From assembly GCA_010093605.1 (NCBI GenBank), contig MU004184.1:1808801-1872800 (forward strand): a DNA stretch of 64,000 bases, in the 5' to 3' direction. The notes below the pieces were generated by a model. It was not told the origin of the DNA and did no database searches. It saw nothing but the letters and a program-made list of their open reading frames with translations. Made by a program: the position numbers and the translations under genes. Numbering within the stretch: the first letter of the stretch is position 1; each line of letters starts with the position of its first letter. Positions 11,686 to 22,622 of this stretch are shown here, in pieces. This DNA comes from Lophium mytilinum. Lineage: Eukaryota.

Positions 11686-13045
11686 ATGAGCGGCAGCGAT
11701 CCGGAGCGCGACCATGCGCTGGAGGAATACAAGGATAAGCTGATGGACTCTAGGGAGTGGGAGGCGAAGCTGAAGGCGCTACGGTTGGAGATCAAGGGAC
11801 TACAACATGACTTCGATGTCTCGGAGGACAACATCAAGGCGCTGCAGAGTGTAGGGCAGATAATAGGTGAAGTGCTGAAGCAACTGGACGAGGAGAGATG
11901 TGGGTACTCCCGGAGGTACTGCGAGCAGGCAGACTAGCCCGCGTTGCGACTTCAAGACCAGCAGCTGACAGTTCCCCAGTCATTGTCAAAGCATCCTCAG
12001 GGCCTCGATATGTCGTCGGTTGCCGATCAAAAGTCGACAAAGCGAAGCTGAAGCAAGGAACTCGTGTCGCTCTCGATATGACGACTCTCACAATAATGCG
12101 GATGTTGCCACGCGAGGTAGATCCGCTCGTCTACAACATGTCCTTGGAAGATCCCGGCCAGGTCAGCTTCGGTGGAATTGGTGGACTGAATGAGCAGATT
12201 CGAGAACTGCGGGAGGTCATCGAGCTACCACTCAAGAATCCCGAGCTGTTCTTGCGAGTTGGTATCAAGCCGCCGAAGGGTGTTTTGCTGTACGGTCCCC
12301 CTGGTACCGGAAAGACTCTTCTCGCGCGTGCTGTGGCTAGCAGCTTAGAGACCAATTTCTTGAAAGGTAAGTTCCCAGGTCGTCGAACTGTCTGATCCAA
12401 GACTGACGGGTCACAGTTGTCTCCTCCGCCATCGTGGACAAATATATCGGAGAATCAGCGCGCCTAATTCGAGAGATGTTCGGGTATGCCAAGGAGCACG
12501 AACCATGCATTATCTTCATGGACGAAATCGACGCTATAGGTGGACGAAGATTCTCGGAAGGCACATCGGCAGATCGGGAGATCCAGCGGACGTTGATGGA
12601 ACTGCTCAATCAGCTAGACGGCTTCGACTACCTTGGGCAGACGAAGATCATTATGGCAACAAATCGACCGGATACCCTGGACCCCGCGCTTCTTCGAGCT
12701 GGACGGTTAGACCGAAAGATCGAAATTCCCCTGCCAAACGAGGTTGGGCGGCTGGAAATCATGAAGATCCACGCACAGGGTGTGCAGACGGAAGGCGAGA
12801 TTGACTTTGAGAGCATTGTCAAGATGAGTGATCAATTCAACGGTGCTGATTTGAGGAACATCGTCACTGAAGCGTACGTTGACTCTTCCGAATTCTATGT
12901 ATAATCGCTAACCTAGACACACAGTGGCCTCTTCGCAATCAAAGACTACAGGGACGCCATCAACCAGGACGACTTCAACAAAGCCGTTCGCAAGATGGCT
13001 GAATCTAAGAAGCTGGAGGGCAAGCTGGAGTACCAGAAATTGTGA
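11686..13045 (+). CDS. RPT4: 26S proteasome regulatory ATPase subunit Rpt4 (10B)
   Basis: [35 protein letters not shown] Walker [10 protein letters not shown] Walker B, C-terminal EGKLEYQKL; 3 introns. Confidence 0.97.
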
Positions 13046-13243
13046 TGAGAGCATCGATCCCTTCGGTTCTACCCTAAACAAGTTCTTGAACATCAGCTCT
13101 GGCGTCTATGGCGCCCTCGGCACATAGATCATGTAGTATAGTAGCTAGCTAGATTCTGCATGACACTCAGCTCGTCAACTATTAGCAAGCAAGCATCACG
13201 AGCATGTTTTCAACCATAGTCCTTTTTTGAACGTTGATCTCGT

Positions 13244-14215
13244 CTACGATGGACCATACACCAGACACTCCATCTCCACACCTTTTAGGCCCTCGATCTC
13301 GAGTACATTCTGCCCCTGAAGGTCCCACCTCAACTCTAATTCCCCGAAGTAATTCACAGTCTCTGAAACCTTTTTGAATCCAACACTCTCGAACAGCCGT
13401 ATACTCCGTGCATTCTCCCCATCGATCTTCACGCGAAGATACCTTAGATCTAGACCAGATCCTGTACCCTTACCACCTTCCGTGCCATGACCCTTGCTAT
13501 ACTCACCAACGATAGCAGGAATATTCGACACGATATACGCCAAGAACGCAAGCAGGACCGCTTTCCCATACCCACTCCCCTGCAGCTCTTTCCGCGCTAT
13601 CATGATCTCGATTTCGCCGATGATGCTGCGTTCCTTGACCGCATCCTCCTCTTTTAGGGATTCTTCTGCGTCGTCGTCCTCGTCGTCGTCGGCTTCGCAG
13701 AGGAAGAGGTTCACATCGCCGAGCATGCGGTCTGGGGCGTCGTGTTCGGTCGGCGTCACTACTTGGGGTCTGAGAGTCGGGGCAGTGCAGACTATGAAAG
13801 TGAGTTTGTCGTGGTCCAGGCGCCAGCTGCGCTGCATAGCGTATTCTTCGGAGAGCGTGAGGGGTTCGGAGGCGGTGGCTTTTTGTAGGGCCTGGCGTGG
13901 ATGTGTGAGTGGAAGGATGGGGGTTGGAGAATGGAGATTGATTGAATTGAAATTGATGTGAATGATGAATTGGACCTTTTAACTTTGTTTACATGCTTGA
14001 TGGAAGGTGTTTGAAGAGACTTGAAGTGGGACCTAATGGTATAGTGAAGGTGTGAAGCCTTACCTCATCTTGCATCCATTCGTGATATGTTGGTACGTGA
14101 TGCTCTGAGTATGGCACCAGAAGGACTTTAAGTGTGAGGATCGCTGGTCCTGAGAATTAAACTTGAAATCTCGGAAACACTTAGGGTTCAAACCTGTCTT
14201 CTCGTTCAACAGCAT
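13244..14215 (-). CDS. NAT9: GNAT N-acetyltransferase, NAT9-like
   Basis: MLLNEKT/AILTLKVLLVPYSEHHVPTYHEWMQDE/ALQKATASEPLTLSEEYAMQRSWRLDHDKLTFI, GDVNLF, EIEIMIA...GYGK. Confidence 0.88.
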
Positions 14216-14419
14216 CTTTCTTGAGCAGCTCTAATTTCCTCTGGTGTTGTTGTAGATGCGATCGATCATCGTGCCTAGTAAAACCTGGGAGCGCTAGGGT
14301 GTCATTTCGGAAGCGAGATTACTTCGTATTCTGGGACTCCATCTCAACATCATCCGTTTTGCTTCCACCAGCCCTTTCACGATGAACGAGTTCGATTCTT
14401 CTAGCAATCAGCAGCAGCA

Positions 14420-15697
14420 ATGGAAAAAGTGCTAGTCACGGGCGGGACCGGTTTCCTGGGCTCAGCAATCGTCAAAGCACTCCTAGAGACGAAGAAATAC
14501 AATGTCACGGCCCTAGACATCAACCCGCCGTCATTAGGCACAGCATCGTACCCAGATGTCAATTATGTCCGCGCCAGCGTGTTAGATATTGAAAGCATCC
14601 AGAAAGCAATTGAAACTGCTGAACCAGCTGTTGTGATCCATACCGTCGGGGTTTACCACACTGATGGCAGAAGATACAACCAGGCAGGCCGAGAAGAGCT
14701 GTTTGGGATCAACGTCACTGGTACGAAGAATGTGCTGGAAGCTGCAAGAGAGTTTGGAGTCAAAAGTTTCGTCTATACGTCGTCTTGGGCGGTTGTGATG
14801 GACGATTTGGAATTTGATCATCCGAATATGGATGAGGATTCACCGGTCGGACATGCGAGTTTGCTGTATGGACAGTCGAAGGCAAGTATACTTCTCTTTA
14901 AATCGAAATTCGAGTCAAGTTTGCTTTTTCCTTGAAAGTCTCATATAGATGAGACTTCCCTATTCCTGGATGTTTGCATCATCACGGAATCGGAACCTTG
15001 TTCAATTCCTTTTTCTAGCTTATTCGCCTTCTTCTCTAGAGTTCTTCAACTGACACCAAAAAGACTGCGGCCGAAAACATCGTACTCGGTGCCAATACGT
15101 CCCAATTCCGCACCTGTGCCCTTCGCCCCTCCGTCATAATAGGCCCTGGCGACCCTGCAACCATTCCCATCCTCCACGCATGCATCCGAAAAGGGGAAAC
15201 CCCATTCATCATCGGAAGCGGCCATAACCTCACCGACTTCGTCTACGTTTCCAACATCGCCGACGCTCACATCCTCGCCGTTTCAAACCTTCTCACTACA
15301 GGCTCTGCCGCTGGCGAGGCATTTTTCATTACGAATGGCGAGCCGATATCTATGAGAGACTTCTGTCTCGCGGTTTGGGTAGAATTCGGACATGTGCCGT
15401 GGTTTGAGATTAGGATTCCAGAGTCGCTGGCGTGGGGATTGGGATGGGCGGCGGAGTGCGTCACGTGGTTTACTGAGCAGCCGGCGACGTTGAGTAGAGG
15501 GGCTGTGAAGGACGCGTGTCTGTCGAGGTATGCAAATATCGACAAGGCCAGGCGGGTGTTGGGATACGAGCCTAGGGTGGGATTGGCCGAGGGGACAAAG
15601 TTGGCGTGCCAGGTATTCATTCTTCTCTACCCTACTACGACAGTTCTGACACGTACGATTGAAGGAGTATAAAAATCGAATATCGCACAAGCGATGA
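14420..15697 (+). CDS. 3-beta-hydroxysteroid dehydrogenase / sterol-4-alpha-carboxylate 3-dehydrogenase (ERG26-like extended SDR)
   Basis: VTGGTGFLG Rossmann motif, YTSS, YGQSK catalytic motif, RPSVIIGPGD, DFVYVSNIADAH, GEAFFITNGEP; 2 introns, the first GC-AG. Confidence 0.88.
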
Positions 15698-16057
15698 TGA
15701 CCATACTACGGGCATCTAGTGTTCGCTTCTCTCAATTCACCATCGCACTTCACTCCCGGTACCTACATGCCATGTGGTCTCAATGCAGTGCGCGGCAATC
15801 CCAAGCCAGCCAACGTGGCGATGGCCCTGATGGCCATAGGTGAGGGGAGGCTGATGAGCGGATCGAGTATCGGTGACGATGTCGCATCTAGCCCCGGCGC
15901 GCTAGTGAAGTGGTGAACGACAGGCGAAGGTGAGATGGCATCGGTGGAATGATCATAACCAGCCGAGGTGCCTCACTTACGCAATTCCTCATAGTGACCT
16001 TTTTGACATGTGACACCCTGAATCAGGGTATATAATTGAGTTTATTTTGGCTCACTC

Positions 16058-16290
16058 CAACTAACCAATAGTCCACCTGGTTCTCCTCCCCCTCCGAGTT
16101 GACTACAGAACCGACGAGCCGGCCGACGCATTCGACAGCTCGAGGTCCTGGGTTCGAATCCAGCCTCGAGAACTAGCCTTACGGCACTTGCAATAAGCTA
16201 ACCTACGGGCGTGAGCGAGTGACTTGGCTACGGAGATAAACCTGGAGAACGGGTTTTCTACGCCTTCCATCGGGGAAGGTGGCTTTTTGC
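16058..16290 (+). ncRNA. Candidate RNA polymerase III-type structured ncRNA or tRNA-derived SINE-like element
   Basis: TATA-like TATATAA (~16029), A-box-like TAGTCCACCTGG (16069-16080), perfect B box GGTTCGAATCC (16151-16161), several hairpins, T5/T6 runs at 16284 and 16301. Does not fold as a tRNA. Confidence 0.35.
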
Positions 16291-17380
16291 TCTTTCAATC
16301 TTTTTTAGTCTATCTATCGGATAGTAGAGTGCGGTGCTTATGCTATCCCTTTTTTAATACTATTTGCGGCCAGTAGCTCGTCACGTTAATAGTAAACTTC
16401 AGTTTCAATGCTGGAGTCTCTCGCACACCGATGGCCTTCATCATCACAATCCCTGGCTCAACGAACTTATAGAACTGCCTCACCCCCAATGTTAAACGCT
16501 TTCCCAATTTCCCTCGATTCGTCATCCCGATCACCCAATGTTGAGGTTGCCATGCCGTCGCTGGGTCGTTAATTTGATCCAGGACACTCCTAGAACCGCA
16601 GTTCCATGTAATATACATATACCTCGAATTTGCTTTCCTGAGATGAGGAGACTACAAGCTCGCCATGACGAATATTGTTGCGCTCTGACTTCTTTTTATA
16701 AAAGATTCAGCAGCGCCAAGAAATATGTCACGTGCGCATCAGCTGATGATGTCCAGTGGAATGGTCCGGAGTCGGCGACACTATGAGGTCTAGACCGTTG
16801 ATAGGCCGACTGAGCCTGCTCTGCATCGTGAAGCGGGAGATTGTGGGGCATACATACATGCGAGTCTGATGCTAGAAAAAGAGCAATGGGCGTGATAGCT
16901 AGTAATGGATGAAGCAACATCCCCGTCCTTAGGGGTAAAAATTGGGGAAGCAAGTGTAGTAGACGATAGAAGCAAACCTTAGGTGACTAGAAATAAATGT
17001 GTCGAGGTGAGCTTAGCTATTTGAAATCATTTACGTAGTCTTCTCACTCCTGGAGAGTCCGTATGCTATTGGCAAGGTTGATGGCATCCAGAAGACCTTC
17101 TACCATAAATCTTTCCAGATCCTTCATTCCTGTGTCTTAAAGAAGCTTGATATGCGCTGGGGGGTTGCCAGACGTGAGAGAATTCAAAAACACTAGAGGG
17201 TATTACATCGAATTTGCTACCCAAAACGCCCCATGCCACGTCCACTCAATCCATTCATGCATCATGCGCTCGCGCCTCACCAGCCCAACATAATTATAGA
17301 GGCCCTCCCTCCGCCTCCTGTAATGAATATACATCCCACTCACGCGCCTATCCCGAGACGCCCGAAACCCCCAAGCACAC

Positions 17381-18061
17381 CTACTGCTTCTTCTTGCCCG
17401 CGGTCTTCTTCTCCTTATCCGCCTTATTCATTGCCTCAATCTCCGCATCCTCTTTGCGCTGCGCATACCACTGCCCCGCCTGAAGCACCAACACACCGAC
17501 CATCACAAGCGCGAGGATAGTGTTGCTCGCCGCAAACACCCTCAACGTATCCTCGCGCGAGATGTAATCGCCCGCCTCCGCCGCAGCATCAACCACCGGC
17601 GTCTCGCTTTCAATGAGCTCCAAATTTCCGTAGATGCCCGCGCTGATGACCTTGAGCCCCTTGACAACGTTGGTGATATAGACGGTGATGCCGGACATGT
17701 AGAGCACGAGGGCAGCGCCGTCGAAGAGCATGTTGGCTTCCGAGGGCTTGTAGAGCTTGGTGAGGAAGCCGAGGATGCCGACGGCGATAGATATGTGCAG
17801 GATGCGCGAGATGATCGGCGGCGAGTTGTAGAGGAAGCGGAGGTGTTCTTCGAGGATCAGGTAGTAGGGTTCGCGGTCATCTGGGGTCGCCCAGAGGACA
17901 TTGTAGTCGTAGGGGAAGTTGGAGAAGAGAATGCCAAGGAAGAAACATGTTGCTGTGTTTGCGCGACGGGTTAGTCGTGGTGTTTAGAGATGGGGTGAGG
18001 TGGGTGAGGAGCACGTACGCCCGATGATGAGGAATGTCGCGAAGGAATTCGGTGCGGGCAT
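17381..18061 (-). CDS. SHR3: ER membrane chaperone for amino-acid permeases
   Basis: SFATFLIIG/PTCFFLGILFSNFPYDYNVLW, KLYKPSEANMLFDGAALVLY, LRVFAASNTILALVMVGVLVLQAGQWYA, Lys-rich tail; 1 intron. Confidence 0.92.
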
Positions 18062-19698
18062 GATTGCGGTTGCTGGATTTGATCTCAAGAAAGTCCTGGT
18101 GTTTAGAGAGACGGAGAGAGATCAGCAAGGGTTTTGAGTGTATGATAAACGTTGCAGAAGAAGGGTAGAGAAGAATGGAAGCTTATCGGCCCTGGCTGCT
18201 AAGCGTGGTGGAGGCAAGCGTAGATTGCATGAGGAAGGTGGAGGAGCTGTGGGTCAGCCTCGTCGCGCATGCCGAGTGCTCAACCCTTCTCTACTGCGCG
18301 CCATTAATCTTAAAGCTTTCTAGAATTCACAATTTGTGTTGGAGGCTGAAGTGGCGCCCGTTTCCTGCCTAGATGAGGTGAATTGGGTATGCCTCATCTA
18401 CGGTTCCAGTGATGTTCGAAAGCCTCACCCGATTCGAGAACTGCAATTGAACTTTAGAATGCAAAACCAAGTGAAACAAGGTAACATTTTATTCGAACCA
18501 GTTCACTCTACACTGAAACTATATAGCATTTCGCCATCGCGAAAGTTCGTGGGACAATGCCATGGAGCGTCTCTATCTCAAGAGATTTGCTACTCGGGTT
18601 GCTCTGAAGCATTCTCGGAAATCTGAATGTTAAAGAAGCTCTTCACCTTGAGCTACATGGACTCTCAGTGAAGCACTTCAATCGGTGGCAGACAGCTGTG
18701 TATTCTACACGAAACAGAGTGCTTGACGCGTGTGCCACATCTCACGCACAGTGTGAATAAATAAGGTAGCACTCTGTTCCAGACGAGCAAGTGCGCGTGT
18801 ATGCCACTGTTTGGGGCGCTTCAATGCATTTTAGGGCATTTAACAAGATACAAGCTCTTCATTATGGAGTCTTTGCAAGCGCGTTGAACCACTTCAAGCA
18901 AGCTAGCTTAATAGCTCTCCGGGCCACCTCAGATGATACCAGAAGAGACTGCCTTTCTTCAACCAACCCACAGTTTCTTTCATCTATCAGTAATCTCCCT
19001 CCTCGCCAGATATTCTCTATGACTAGAATAGCAAGAAGCGGAAGGCGAAAGGCACACCCTCGTCGTCATCATCCAAGCAGAGCGTGCTCAAGAGCGGACC
19101 ACCGATTCATCTCCGCCACATCCCATGCCAGGAACGTGTCCTTAGCCTGTGAGGAAGCAGCAAACCTTGAAGATGGTAGTGATGCTGAAAAGGACGCCAT
19201 AAAGACAATGGAGGAGATTTATGTAAAGCTTGCCAACGACCTTGAGGACCTCACGATCACAATCACCACTCCCAGTGTCATCCCCCGAGTTTCGCAAGGC
19301 ATACAAGATGGAACCCTTGTGTGCTCAAGTCGAGAGCGCCCAGCGGAAGAACGAGCCCCTCATCTTGGGCTTCACGACTGCTTTCAAGTCCGCACCGCAG
19401 ACCCTCAGCCTGGCGAGTAGCCCTGGTCTTCACCGACAAGAGCAATAGATGCCGGCCAAGTACTCGATCTTAGGTCCAGAACAGGAAGGTAATACCTTGT
19501 AGAACCGCAGTTCCATTATTCACTGGCTTATCACAATCATGCTTTGGTAAATCTATACCTGCAAAGGACTTTACCAGCCTCTCTCCGCCGCAGATGCCAA
19601 AGACGGAGTGCAAGATAGTAACTTGAACGCGGAAAAACAGAGAAAGCATGGAGATTGGCAAGTAGGGAAACGTAAGCAATTGCTTGTGTATACCTGCC

Positions 19699-21010
19699 TA
19701 GCGCCGTCTGAGGTAATCTGAGTTATCCCAATAATCGTGAAGCCATGCTTTTGGCGAGTCTTAAAGCTCTATAAGCCGCCTCAGACGATATCAAGGTAAC
19801 CTAACACTTTACCTTCAACGGAGCTACGAATGCGTGCGAAGTTCAGTTCTGAATATTTCCTGTTATTCTCAGGCGTACACCTGCGCGCATTTTCTACATT
19901 AGCCTAGCACCGTCTGAGGTCCTCCAGCAGATCGTGAAAGATCATAAAGCCATGCTTCTGGCAAGCCTGAAAGCTCTCCAAGCCACCTCAGACGGTGTTA
20001 AACTGCTTAATTATAGCACTTTTTCTTCCGCTCCTGCCCCCCACCCGCCACGCTAGGCATAAAAAGGTAGCACGTTTAGCAAGCATTTTGCCTTATATGT
20101 TCCATATCTCTCTGCCGCTGCTTATGGTGCTTCAACACATTTTCAAGAGTATAGATAAGATAGAAGATACTAGCTTTAGGCTATATAAAAACTTGTTAAA
20201 GCACTTCAAGCAGTAGCAGGCAAGTATACACACAACCGCACGAGGTAGAATTCTTACTGAGGGCCTACCTTTAACATGCTTAGTGTATTCGATAGAAGGC
20301 TAGCTAGGGATAACGGGTTTGTAAGAGCGAAAGAGGGCTCGTATGTGTGTTGCTAACAAGGCAATCAAGCCTTCGCTACCTGCTCGAGGCGACCAAGCTA
20401 AGCGGCCAGCTCCAAACAAGCGGCTCGTTCAAACCAGATAGAGGCTACTGTGTAGGCGTAGACTCGTGGGCTTTGTCGTAGGCGTTGGCGAGGTCCTACT
20501 AACATCGTATTGACGCCCACTGGTTGTCGTCGGGCCCGTAACCCTTCTGGGCGACAAGGTATTGGACGACTTCCTTACGGTGTCGTCTAAATCGGCGAGT
20601 TCATCTCGCGATGATCTTGCCAACCTTATAGTAGGCGCTGACGTTGTTGTTATGGTCGTCTTCCACGGCGGCGGCTTTGTCGGCCACCTGCCGTTTATAG
20701 AGGTCGGTGATCGAAGCCGGCTCTAGAAGCTCTATAATTCAACGGCCTACGCATTGCTGCCCAATTTTAAGTGTACTCCGAATATCTTGAAGCCTCCGTG
20801 TAGGCGAATTACCTAGAAACTTATTGAAGCATTTTGATAAGTAGTAGACAATTTGTATACAGAAAACAGGTTGCAAGATGAATGTGCCCCCCTTTTCCCG
20901 CTTAGCTTGATGCATTTCGCCCCCGTCTGAGGTGGCCGGGTGAGCTACAAGTTTGCCAGCGTTGATATCTCAAAAAAGGTGATAGCATCCTGACGGACCT
21001 CAAGCGGTGA
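19699..21010. repeat. Cluster of ~95-bp repeats with terminal inverted repeats (MITE-like)
   Basis: Copies at ~19699-19793 and 19905-20000, plus an inverted degenerate copy at ~20919-21010. The second copy has TAGCACCGTCTGAGGT...ACCTCAGACGGTGTTA (15/16 inverted match). Confidence 0.6.
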
Positions 21011-21400
21011 CAAACAGGCATGCAAAAATAAAATTAGTGTGTTACACTGTACTTGTTACGGACTTAGATTGCCACTTCCTCTTAATGCTAAGCGGCAGTA
21101 AAATTTAACGGTAGTCAAGAGTAGATGTGGCTAAAAGCTGTTGTATTGATGATGGTGAGGAAACTTGCTACGTATTCGGGCATAGGAGGGAAAATAGGTA
21201 GGCGGCTGAGTAAGCAATAGCTAGCAAAAGAAGGGGCAACAACACCTAGAGCCGAGGTGAAAAAGTGGCATATTCTACCCTTCAAAGTTCTTTAGCGCGA
21301 GCCGCTAGAGCACGTTCGTTTAAGCGTGTCCAAATCTGCACACAACGTCCCTTCCAGGGCCCAACAGAGAGCAAAAAAGGAGCGAAAAAATTAAAAATTT

Positions 21401-21519
21401 ACACACAACAGCGGGAATTCACTAGTGGTCACCCACCTAATTACTAATCCGCCGGTTGGTAGCTTCAGTATGCGAGATCGGACGGGATCGCCTGTTTTCT
21501 ACCACCTATGGTCGTGTGT
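21401..21519 (-). rRNA. 5S ribosomal RNA (dispersed copy)
   Basis: Minus strand reads ACACACGACCATAGGTGGTAGAAAACAGGCGATCCCGTCCGATCTCG...GGATTAGTAATTAGGTGGGTGACCACTAGTGAATTCCCGCTGTTGTGTGT (119 nt, complementary ends), followed by T-run terminators. Confidence 0.93.
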
Positions 21520-21952
21520 GGAGGGTCTTGCGAAATTTTGCAATAATATAGTATAAAAGAGATGTTTGGGGGATTGTAGTGCAATGGTGGGTTTCCATCT
21601 GATCGAAATTGAGATGGTTGATGGTGATGGGGCAGGGTGTCGGTTCGAGTCTCAGGGGGTGAAATTTTTATGTCTGGGGTTTTGGGTCGGGATGAGGGTT
21701 TCAATGCACATCTGCGAAAAGCACGACGGCGTATTCTACGGACGGCATAAGACCTAGGACTGGAGTCAAACGCTGTCTGGATTCACAACATTCTACAAAA
21801 AGAACCTCGATAGAAGTCCGGCCAGCCGATGCTTTGCTTTAAGCAGCAACCTTCATTGCATCCCTTGACCCATCCTCTATTGCACTACACTCCTCTAAAG
21901 TATTCTACCATACTATATGATTGCGAAGTTGTAAATTTTACTTCACTCCTCT

Positions 21953-21998
21953 ACACACGACCACATGTGGTAGAAAACAGGCGATCCCGTCCGATCTC
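21953..21998 (+). pseudogene. Truncated 5S rRNA copy (5' ~46 nt only)
   Basis: ACACACGACCACATGTGGTAGAAAACAGGCGATCCCGTCCGATCTC nearly matches the 5' end of the neighbouring 5S gene, then similarity stops. Confidence 0.85.
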
Positions 21999-22622
21999 TC
22001 GATATTTTCTCACGAGATTGCCACGTGATTGCTTGTTTTGAACCCAATTTTTTTGAACTCTACGTTATCGATAAGGAGGCAACCTCAACGGTGCCGAGCT
22101 GCCACTTTGAGTCTGATCCTTCGAAAGTATTAGCATTGCGCCACGACGGGCTGAGGGCTACGCGTACATCCATAGTAGCTTGGCCTATCTAGAATTAGAG
22201 TGCCCCCTTTTCCGTGCCTTTGGGTGGTGGTAGCAGAAAGATGTAAAGCGCAAGTTTAATCTAGAGCATGTATCACTCCCTAGGAATGCAGCACTGAAAA
22301 GGCATGTCATTACATAAAGCCTAGTTACCACGAATAAACGCTTAAATATGCCAAAATCCAACGCTCCAATGCAAATGAGCCCATTTTCGCCATATACGTT
22401 ATCCTCCAAAGGTGGTATCGTTCCTCTCCAACTGTCAAATCAAATCATACACGCTCAAATTCATGGATGGCAATCAGTGCGGCGGCCTTTCAACCGCTAG
22501 CCGCGCACATGAGAGCCGGCCAATCCCCAGAGGCAGCTGTCTCATACAGGAGACGGGGGATCTCAATTTCAGAACGATATGTCGAAGCCGCAGATATCAA
22601 CTGCGACTGACTCTATCAAGAC

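Noticed and set aside
16139..16170. tRNA gene suggested by GGTTCGAATCC
   Set aside because: No acceptor stem, D arm or anticodon arm can be built around it. Kept only as a Pol III-like candidate.
16009..16385. Solo LTR (TGTGAC…GTCACG ends)
   Set aside because: The right end is not CA and there is no matching target-site duplication.
18791..19420. 209-aa ORF as a protein-coding gene
   Set aside because: Non-ATG start, no recognisable motifs, and embedded in degenerate repeats. At most a remnant.
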